This document shows positions 53,541 through 64,000 of a stretch of 64,000 nt of DNA, one piece after another; the first letter of the stretch is position 1; every line of letters begins with the position of its first letter. The position numbers and the translations under genes are program-made. Under the pieces are notes generated by a model. The model did no database searches. It was not told the DNA's origin and saw only the letters and a list, made by a program, of their open reading frames with translations. Origin of the DNA: Octopus sinensis (taxonomy: Eukaryota); the NCBI RefSeq assembly GCF_006345805.1, contig NC_042999.1:100750001-100814000 (forward strand), in the 5' to 3' direction.

Positions 53541-55612
53541 TGCACACATGCATGTATGTCAGTCACTAAATTAATAAAAATACTAAAATATGGGATAAAT
53601 CAGGCAAATATACAACTTATGTTAGTTGTATTACAATATTAAATATACACTCATCAATCAAAGTTGCAGGCATTATCCTATAATTAAAACTAAATGGTCA
53701 ACGTGTCTTTTTGTGCTGACTCAACAATAAAAAATATATATAGTTTTACACATATAAGAAACTTCCAATGTCATTATTTGGTCTGCAGGAAATAACAGCT
53801 AAATGTCTCTCAAATAATACCCTATCTTATAAAAAATGTATTCCTTGCTAAACTATAACTGAATAAAAAAAAATGACCGGGGTTGAAACAATATCAACAA
53901 AAACTATCTTTTCTCACCTCAATAAGATGAAACATTGCACTAGACAAAAAATCACAGCTCATGGACAGACAATAGCCACAAATCATCTCCATACGTGTAA
54001 AACAAAAATACTCAAAATGAATGACAAGGGCAGTACTATTTGATGTTGTTGAAGTAAGCTCCAGGCCCCACAACTCTTGCCATTAAAAAGAAAATCACCC
54101 CATACACTCATACACTATAACATTCTCAAGCACTGCAAAACAAGCCAATGATAGAGCCACTACGAAATCTTTTGACTTGCTTAGAAAAGCAGTCAAATTT
54201 CTTTCAAATCATATTCAGTTGTCTTAAATAATAAATAGTTGGAATGTTTTTGATTATAGGTCTGCTTGAAAAAGTCTAAACTACAATTACAACATCCTAA
54301 AAGCATTATTCTTTCCACTCAGTCATGATAAACATAAAGGATACATTCACACAAAAACAAATGCATTATCAATAACCTCATTAGACCACTCTTGGACTGG
54401 GATGCATACTATCAATGATAAGCGTAGAGGAACAATGACTATTATGATTTATCCAAGTCCACCTTGCTGTTTTTGCTATGCCTAGCAATTCATTTAGAAG
54501 CAGGACTGGTACTAAGCACTTGGCAAACTAGGTGATTTTTTGGAGTGCTAAAATTGGGGAACCCATAAAAAAACTTTAATTCAATTAAAAGCACAAAAGA
54601 ATGTAGATGACGTCACAACCGGAACAATCAGGGATGGAGGATGTGGGCAAGTGGGTGAGGAAAGAGACTTGTGTGGTGATATGACCTGTCACATGACTTG
54701 GCAAGAAATATTTCAAGTTTCATCCAGTAAGAGATTTACTCAGTGATATATGATCATAAAATATAGATTTCTTGTAAGTAGGTTAACTATTTTTGCATTT
54801 TTCAGTTGGTGTAATTAATGACGATGGTGGCTGGGGAATATTGAAAGAGGATCATAGTCCAGGACTGGAAGAAAAGGGCCGAGAAAAGGGAGAACATGTT
54901 GTAGACTTGGTTGAGGGTGTTGGATGCTCTGACACTAGCTCAGTATAGAAGTGTATAAAATTCAAGTTGAAGACTGGTGTAAGAATTCTAACTCACAAAA
55001 CAGTAAAAACAACTTCACCAATCTCTTTTGTAGTGTCTTGAAGGAAGTTATAAACCTCAGTCAACGAATGGTTTTGGAATTGATAAGGGAATTCACTGAG
55101 ACTTTTGACCATCCTTTAATGAACCTGTGTTGTTGATATTGAGCACCAAGTCAAAAAAACCTTTGATGAAATACATTCCAGTTGTAACTATCACCGTTTT
55201 TTTAATACTTTTTTGCATACTTAGGCCTTTATAGTCTATTGGTCCTTCATTTTTAGTAGGATAGGGTGAAGGAGATTTAACTGCTAATCCTAATTGCTTG
55301 AGTGACCATACAAAGGTTTTCCTAATATGTTGATTGTTCAAGATTGTTGATGCCTCCACTCAAAGTTTTTTTAGGGTTTAATATAAGGAAAACACTATTT
55401 TACTTTGATTTTTAACATTATGCTAAAATATTCTCTATTCTAAAAAAAAATTCCCATCAGCATAGATATTATCACATACTGTGAGCATATCTTATTCAAC
55501 CAAGCCTAACCTATCCCAATGACAGCTTCTTTTAATATGGCTAAACCAAATACAAATAATGACAACAATACTTCTAATTGCATTAGAAGCAGATGTAGTG
55601 GGTACTCTTTAA

Positions 55613-55826
55613 CCCTTTCATTACTGTATTTATTTTGAGATACTCAGTGTTTCTTTCAATTACTTTAAATATAACAAAGAATTTAGTAAAATAACTTAGT
55701 TATCATTCAGCTAGTATTAGAAACATAAATTGTAACTAAGGTTTGGTGGAAGATTTTAATTCAAAACTTATAAGACATTTGTACTCAAAGCCAGAACCAG
55801 TTTCAGCCGGGTTGGTAACTAAAGGG
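55613..55826. mobile_element. piggyBac-type MITE (214 bp) with TTAA target duplication
   Basis: TTAA-CCCTTTCATTAC ... GTAACTAAAGGG-TTAA. Confidence 0.8.
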
Positions 55827-56031
55827 TTAAATTATAATGACTAGCAAATAATATTGTATATGAGAGTACAATCAAAACACTTAATAAAAGAATTATGCTG
55901 GATTTATCACTAGTACCTTTAAAGTTAGGTTTTATTGACATACATACCCCTTTCAGAACTGAAATAAGGAGTACACCTTTCTTATTCTTATGGGATTTCA
56001 AAGATAGTAACATACCTTTTAATATTAAATA

Positions 56032-56073
<42 letters not shown>

Positions 56074-58164
56074 ATCATTTAACGTCCACCTTCCATGCTG
56101 GCATGGGTAGGATGGTTTGACAGGGGCTGGCCAGGCAAAAGACTGCACCAGACTTCTGCGACTTTTTGGCAGGATTTTTACAGCTGGATGCTCTTCCTAA
56201 CACCAACCACCCACCAGGGTTGACTTAGTGCACAAATACAGCATTCAAAAAATGGTTCAACTCTATACTGGCAACTGAAAAGCATGCAGTTTGTGTCAAG
56301 CACAAGCTCTCAAAAGCACTTTTACTGAGACACTTTAATTAAACAGCAAATTCAAGAAAATAACTTAAAAACAACCATAAAATTATAATTTTTTTTTACA
56401 CACTAAGAGCCTATTTCCTACCATGATTGATTTACACACATACATATATGAATGTGTGTGTGTGTGAGTGAGTGTGTGTGTGTGTGAGTGTGTGAGTATG
56501 TGTGTGTGTGTGTGTGTGTGTGCATGCATGTGCATGTATACTTCTTACTATTCCCTTGTACTCTCATATCTGCACTGAAATCTACTACATCTTATTATCT
56601 GTAACCCCTTTGAACTTCTTTTAACAAACTGACATGAAACATTCAACAGGAATAAGATTCATTAGCTGACTGCATGATATATCTGTTTGATATTAACCAA
56701 TACATACTGCATCATCTCATTTTCCCATGTTCCTTGTCCCTTCGTTTATCACATAAACTTCTTCACCTACCTATCCTTTCATTCTGCATTAGCAATAATA
56801 TTAATGTAGATTTATGATACATCCTCTACCTGTATGCTGTATTTAGATGGTATCTGTTTCATTTACTTATGTCTCTGTGTTATTCTATGTCCCTTCCTTG
56901 CAACTAATTCTATATTGTTTTATTAAATTATTTATTAATTATCCACCAATATTTTCCATTTCTAATCTAAGCTTTTATGCATGTAATCATACTATGAACT
57001 GCATATATCTCTGTTTCCACAAAAGTGCCTTCTTCCTCCATTTGTTTCATATAATTTCCATCATCCAATCCATTACCTAAGCTTTTGTACAGCAATTAGT
57101 TAGTTTCATACACTTGTATATTCTGATTTATATATAGATATTACTGGATTTATGTTCTCAGCCTGTTCCTTCTATCTGATTTTACTCTGATTCCTTCTAG
57201 ATTCATCTTAATTTTTATCCCCATTCATACGTATTTTCTGTTATACTTACTGTTTTCCAGTATACACTTTTTCTTTAGAATTTCTCAAACGATTTGTGTA
57301 AATAAGGTTCATACATAGGTCATTTACACACACATACACACACACACACAGTGTGTGAGCATAAAAACGATGATGCTAATGAACAATGATAGAAGATAGA
57401 GACAGGTTTATTTTAATCAGTGGATTAAGGAGACCATCTACATACAGATGGACTCACTACATTTGAATGTATACTTCAACCTTCATTAAATACAAAGTGT
57501 CTCAGAACTGTGCAAAAGTTTCAAAATTAGTCAGGGATCAGTGTGTGCGCGCGCGCGTGTATGTGTGTGTGTATCATCATCATCATTATTTAACAGCCAT
57601 CTTCCCTTCTATGGTAGCATGGGTTGGACATTTTGACAGGAGCGGCTCAGGCAGAAGACTACACTAAACCTGTGTTTGTTTTGGCATGGGTTTTATGACT
57701 GGATGCCCTTCCTAACACCAACCACTCCATAGAGTGGAGTGAGTGCTTTTTATGACACCAACACAGGCAAGGTCAGTTTTGGCAGGGATTTTACAGCTGG
57801 ATGCCTTTCCAAATGTCAACCACTTAACAATGTGGACTGGATACTTTTTATGTGGCATCAGTACTGGTAGGGCCACTAAATAACTTGAAAGACAAGGAAT
57901 CTTTGAGAGGGGAGGGGGCATTGGCGAAGGTGACCTTGTGCCAGAGAGACAGATAGATAGGTACAGGAATGGCTGTGTGGTATGAAGTTTGTGTGTATGT
58001 ATATATTTATGTACCAAACCCACTCACAAGGCTTGGGTTGCCCCAGGGCTATAGTAAAAGACACTTACCCAAGATGTCACACAGTGGGACTGAACCTAGA
58101 ACCAAGTGGCTGGGAAGCAAGCACCTTACCACACAGCCTACCTGCACCTATATATATATATATG

Positions 58165-58430
58165 TATGTATAATTTAGGACAATCAGTAAGTTGTCATTA
58201 TAGCATTCAGGGTTTCAAATGTCAGAGCGAAGAGCTATGATGCATTAATTGTCAGCTATTAATTGCCATCAATAGCTGATGAGAATGCATCATAGCTCTT
58301 CGCTCCAACATTCAAAACTTCGAGTACTAGAGTGACAACTTACTGATTGTCCTAAATTATACATATATAAATAGTCCTCTATTTACCATTCTTTTGTTGT
58401 CACTTTTTAATATTATTATTATTATTATTA
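58165..58430. mobile_element. Fold-back element made of two inverted hammerhead-bearing arms, with a (TAT)n end, within (TA)n
   Basis: 58165-58197 and 58333-58365 are a perfect 33-bp inverted repeat. 58225-58246 and 58284-58305 are a perfect 22-bp one. Plus-strand motif tag-CTGATGA-gaatg..cattc-AAAA-cttcgaGTA-cta at 58273-58329. Confidence 0.75.
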
Positions 58431-58431
58431 T

Positions 58432-58476
<45 letters not shown>

Positions 58477-59211
58477 CTCTCAAATGCTTACATAAATGAA
58501 TGTAAAGCTTTCAAGTTGATGTTAAATATTAGGTTTGGGTTTCGAATTTAGTATTGGGTTTTAACTAGATTTTTCTTTCTGATATTTCTAGTCAAGTATT
58601 GTTCACATCAAGCTATTGCTATTTACCCCACTCCATCACCCAATTAACCCTGATTTAGCAGGCCTATGATGAAAGATGTTCTAGCCATGACTACTGCATC
58701 ATTTTGCTTCCACCAAAGTGTGTGATACAAAGGAAGTTTGGCTGCTATTCCTGGCAGATTTTGTAATCAGGTAGAGACTCTCTCACTGGCTCATGAAAGA
58801 TCAAGCTGGTTTAATCTCAATTTTTTTCTCTTCTCACACACTGGGTGGTTGTCTGGTTGTTTACTGTTTCAGCTGAACTTGTATCCTGCAATGTGACACA
58901 TCTTTTAACAATGATACTACATTTACTGCATTGCATTACCTCAGAAGATGATATCATCTTCAGGCAATACATTGAATTTCTTGTCAAACAATGGCTAACA
59001 TCTACGAAAAACATTTCAATATATATATATGGGGGTGTGTGTATGTGCGTACTAGTAGTGTATATTACATTTTCATAAGAAACTTCTTATGGAAAACATG
59101 ATACTACAAAGTAAAAAATAATGGGATAAGTATAAGATAGCTTGATTCAATCACTGAATGTGTTACTGTGTTGACAATCTTTGTGAAGAAAGAAAATAAA
59201 ATAGATTGATA

Positions 59212-59248
<37 letters not shown>

Positions 59249-59906
59249 TGAGATACACTGAAGGTTTAATATTCGTATAGTTACAACTATTTCAGGAAAG
59301 GGAAAAACAGGGATTGTGCAATGTATTTCACAGACAATAATGATGATGAAAATGCAGAAAGAGTGAAATGAGTGTTTATTAATGATTTTTATATGTAAAC
59401 AGGTAAGTCAAATACTGGATAATACTACAATAGACCTATCTTTATAACACACCCACATATGAGGAAGAGAGGGCAATATGTTAAGTGATGGAGAGTCAGT
59501 AAGGCCAAAACCTACATTCTAACATTTTCTGCCTACACCCACATGTTACACCATAAGATAGTAACTATTACATTCAAATCCAACAGTTACAACCACTTTC
59601 AAGCTATTATATAGCTTTTAAGCAACTGACCCCGAATGGAAACATCTGCAAACAGACTTCTAACTTGTTTTGGAGAATTTGTTGCAATTGCTTCATCCAG
59701 AGTCAAATCCCAATGATGATCATATTTGAAAATTACTATTTTTAAATCTCACAATGTGAGATATTCAGTAACAGTACTTTGTAGTAAAGATTGTTTGCCA
59801 ACATAACATGGCAGTCCTGCTTAAGGATGAACGTTGCTATAATTTAGCCCCAGGAGACATCTTCTCCTGCTGGCTATATGACAGAATCTTTACTACATGA
59901 TCATAT

Positions 59907-60205
59907 TTGTTGCTAAAAATCATGTTAAAAGTTCACAGTAAACAATCGCAGTTTCATGAAAACCTAGGAATCCGAAATTCCAGGATTGCAGGTTTGGATT
60001 TGGTCGAGAATGTCTTTAATTTACACACAGAGTTAGCCTTTAGATTATAAAAATTGTTATTGTACAAAAATGTTTGTTGCAAAAAGTCATGTTAAAAACA
60101 TCGCCTTAAACAATTACAGCAATGAAAACTTGAGAATCTAAAATTTCAGGATTGTGGGTCCAGATTCAGCCTGAACTGTTTTTACTTTACTTACAGAGTC
60201 AGCCT
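59907..60205. repeat. Two diverged ~166-bp tandem units
   Basis: tttgttgc.aaaa.tcatgttaaaa..aaacaat..atgaaaac..gaatc..aaatt.caggattg..acagagt.agcc starts at ~59907 and again at ~60073. Confidence 0.6.
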
Positions 60206-60279
60206 GATTCAAAAATGGTATGATATGTTGAGGTACGGCCTCTAGGATTGACATTCAGATTTATTATATTATATTATTA

Positions 60280-60441
60280 AAGTAGTAAGCTGACAGAATT
60301 GTTAGCCAGGCGAAATGCTAAGTGGTATTTCATCTGCCATTAAGTTTTGAGTTTGAATTCTGCTGAGGTCGACTTCGCTGGGGTTGATGTAATTGACTTA
60401 ATCAAAAATTTGAGGCCTTGTGCTTCCAGTAGAAAGGATTT
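60280..60441 (+). mobile_element. Family-A SINE with an internal deletion
   Basis: agctgacagaattgttagccaggcgaaatgctaag..gaggtcgactt/ctggggttgatgtaattgac..ggccttgtgcttccagtagaaaggatt. Confidence 0.7.
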
Positions 60442-60532
60442 ATTAAAGTTGAAAAATTGTGACACACTGACATTCACATTTATTATATTAGATATGTTTA
60501 ATTTTGGGGAAACTTTATTTCAATTAAAGCAT

Positions 60533-60573
<41 letters not shown>

Positions 60574-62645
60574 TAAAGAAAGCAAAAAATAAAAAATGAT
60601 AGTGTTCGAGACATGGTTAAACAAAGTTGTACATCCCCTCCCTCTTTCTCTCTCTCTCTCTCTCTCTTATTATTACTCCCACTGCCACCATCAACACTAC
60701 TTTTAATAAAATATCCTTAACTCTCCCTAAGTTTCATTGTCTCTCTCCCTCTCTTTCTCTCTCTTCACCACCACTCTCACTGTTTCTATGCCTATTACTC
60801 TCACCCCATCATGAGGAATAGTAGGAGTGTCACTGAATAGTGAGAGAGGGAGTCTAAGTGTGACACAATGACACACAGAAATTAGTTTTCGCATTTATTA
60901 TATTAGATGATTATAGTACTTTATGCAATATTGACCATCTTACAATCTCAGAGAGTAAATATATTTCAAACATATGGCTGAAATGGAAAACTAAAATTAT
61001 ACAAAGAGATAATTCTTTATATTTGGTTATTAATGGAATATAATATATTAATAGTTTGTTAGTTTTGGGAAATTTTCTGAAAGAGAAGATGGTGAAGCAA
61101 AACTAAATTTTCCTTGGAAAAGGCAAGACAGTTTTCTAGGCAGAGTAGTTCACCTCCTATAAAACTCTCATGATGCCTGCTAGAAATAATTCCTATAAGC
61201 CACCAATCAACTGGCCGCATTTTTATAATGAAAATAAAAGAGTATATTGGGTATGATATATGTCTGAAAACTGACACTAATTTGTACATTTTTGTATAAG
61301 ATTTAAATTTCATCTTCTCTAAGACTGTTACTTCACTTTCTTTTTATGAGTTGGTAACTTCCACTTCTCCCAAGTGTGAAATTCATACAGAATAGTAAAA
61401 CAACAAATAAAAGGAAGGAAATTATTCAGAGGAATAAAAAAAGAACAACATTAGAAAAAATGTAAAATCTGTCTGAAAGAATTATTTCATTTAAAGTATC
61501 TTCGTATATATTTGACAGTTGTTTCTTCATAATGGTTATAGCTTTAGCTAGGCAGTTTAGTTATCCTGAAAAGAGTTCAGATTTAACAAATCTTGACAGG
61601 TTACTGCCACCACATTACAAAAGACAGGTTAATTGCTTATGGTGGTACTATAGAAAAAGCAAAAGTACATGTACGGTTGTCTAACTTTTTAACTACTCAA
61701 TATATTTGCTGGCTAAGCAACATTTTGCTGGATTCTCTCTCTTCTTCACACACAAAAACACACAATCATTGGCATCAATATTTTCCCCAGAACATATTGC
61801 TGAGGCAGACAATCTTGAAAAGAAAAAAAAAAAACTTCTAGTTTCCTCAATTATTTTAGTAAAGAACATTGTCAGGATACAAGCAAATAAAGTGAGACAA
61901 ATGTAGACAGTAAAGAAGTCAACTTTAGAGAAATATAAGTTAGTCCAGAGCTTAATTGGAAATTTTTTTTTTAGGAATAAAATACCATGCATAAGTTTTT
62001 GTTCTAACAGAATAACAGCCCTAAATAACAATGGCCTTCATGTTGAGGCTAGTTAGTCTCTCTTACCCCATTTATGGCACACAAGCTCTCATGTAAATTC
62101 ACTAGTCCTGAATAGGTGATTCACAGGGTTAATGTGACAGAAAATATTCAGTTGTTGTAATTATGTGACCAGAGCATAATACCCAGGCCTTAAGGATTGT
62201 AGTTTTAATGTAGACCAAATGAGCTCATCAGTGTTATCTGTTATTTAATGAATTTGAGTGACAAAGGGAATTTTATAAGTGACCTATCAAGCTGTTTCAT
62301 GGGTTTCTTTTATATCATGCAGGAATATTTCTGAGAATGAGCACCTTGTACTCTTTGATCTTGCTACAGAGACTGAGGGTTTATACAAGTACTTTTGCTT
62401 CTTCCATAGCATCACCTTTAGTAATTAACCTGTTTCTTGTAATAAGGAGGCAATAACTGGTCATGATTTGTTAATTCCAAACTCTTTTCAGGATAACTAA
62501 ACTACCAGGCTAAAGGTATAACCATTATGTAAAAACACCTGTCAAATATACTGGAAAATACTTTCAGTGACAAACTGGTTAATTCAAGTCTTTTCTTAGT
62601 CAAGAGAATCAACAAAATTAATGATACTCCTGAGGATGTCAAGTA

Positions 62646-63921
62646 TCATGTCATCCCATAAGTTCTGTCCGATTTTACCTTTTTTAAAATTGAATAAAAT
62701 TCAATAGTATATTAGAATGTCTAATGGAATTAAAAATTATTTTTATGCATTTGTGTATATTTAAACTAATTACAAACTATTTTACAGAATAATAGAATTA
62801 AAATTTTTTTGGTTAAAACCCTTTCTAACATGGAAGTATCCAAAGAGCATTTGAGGCACAGAATGCTTTTTGAGTATGAAAAAAGAAACTCAGCAGCGAA
62901 AGTGACTCGAAACACACTCAGTTTATGGGAAAGAATGCTTGAATGAAAGAACTTGTAGAAGATGGTTTGCAAGATTCAGAAGTGGAGATTTCAGCCTTGA
63001 AGATGAAGATCAAACAGGACGTCCAGTTGAGTTTGATGATAAGCCCCTTGAGGCATTACTTGAAGAAAATCCTGCATTATCAGTTGAAGAATTGGCAATG
63101 AAGCTTAGTTCAAACCATACAACTGTTCATCATCATCTTCAACAACTTGGAAAGGTTCCTAAAATTGGAAAATGGGTGCCTCATGAATTGTCCAAAAGCA
63201 GCCGCAAATCTTGAGTTGACATCTGCTCTTCTCTCCATTCTTGTGAACTAATTTCACCCTTTTTGGATAGACTTGTGACTGGGGATGAAAAATGGATCTT
63301 CTATCGAAATGTTAAACATTGTAAACAATGGCTTGGTAAAAGGGAAAAGGCTCAACCACAACCAAGAAGGGAACTTCATGAGAAAAAGGTTCTTCTCTCT
63401 GTCTGGTGGGATTGAAAAAGGAGTAATTCATTTTGAATTGTTACCATCTAATGCAACAATTAATGCTCAAGTCTACTGTCAGCAATTAGAGCATTTGAAT
63501 CAAGCTTTGAAGAAAAAAAGACCCACTTTAGTGAATCAAATAGGAGTGATGTTTCATAAGGACAATGCACAACCCCACACTGCAAAGATCCCATCACAGA
63601 AGATCGAAGAGCTTGGTTGGGAAAAAATTCCTCATCCACCTTATTCTCCCAACTTTGCTCCTTCAGACTACCATTTGTTTCGTAGTTTACAGAATCATTT
63701 AGGGGACATAATGTTCGCAAACCAGGAGGAGGTCGAAACTGACATTTCAGAGTTGTTCGCTTTGAAACCAAAAGAGTTTAACATTGATGGGATTAAAAAG
63801 CTTGTAAATAGATGAAAGGAAGTCATAGATAATCAGGGAAAGTACATTGATGATTAACTATAACATTTGATCACCTGTTTTCTTTATTCAAAATTCGAAC
63901 AGAACTTATGGGGTGACTTGA
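62646..63921 (+). mobile_element. Full-length mariner (DD34D) transposon, 1276 bp, with TA target duplication
   Basis: TA-tcatgtcatcccataagttctgtccga ... tcgaacagaacttatggggtgacttga-TA: ~27-bp imperfect terminal inverted repeats around a transposase. Confidence 0.95.
62830..63857 (+). pseudogene. Mariner transposase pseudogene
   Basis: MEVSKEHLRH..TCRRWFARFRSGDFSLED..GRP..WVPHEL..LVTGDEKWIFY..HKDNAQPH..YSPNFAPSDYHLF, with D34D spacing. Broken by frameshifts and in-frame stops. Confidence 0.92.
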
Positions 63922-64000
63922 TAGCTGAATGTTTTTAATATGGTATCATTGATGGTGTTTCTAGAAGACATTGTTGATCCCAGTGTGAACTTGTGCAGAA

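Noticed and set aside
58940-59001. Possible 62-nt minus-strand exon (DVSHCLTRNSMYCLKMISSSE)
   Set aside because: Splice sites are plausible, but there is no TULP4 similarity and such sites are common by chance.

Overview
AT-rich, microsatellite- and repeat-dense animal genomic DNA. The SINE families and simple-repeat load suggest a coleoid cephalopod, probably Octopus (inference, not checked). The one recognisable host gene is the 3' end of TULP4/Tusp on the minus strand: tubby-domain exon 29485-29676, terminal exon 24800-24916 (absent from the ORF track) and a candidate 81-nt exon at 52546-52626. The rest is mobile DNA: a full-length but dead DD34D mariner (62646-63921), an internally deleted DD41D element, RTE, Dong/R4, CR1 and Penelope-like fragments, piggyBac-type MITEs, many SINEs and a near-perfect 1.17-kb tandem duplication. 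The most interesting signal is a set of hammerhead ribozyme motifs in short, highly structured or fold-back elements. The best one (28897-28939) is a minimal type I hammerhead with a U3-A8 core in place of C3-G8, at the top of a long stem. It lies in a ~350-bp insertion with a 12-bp target-site duplication, in the last TULP4 intron. All calls were read by eye, and repeat boundaries are approximate.
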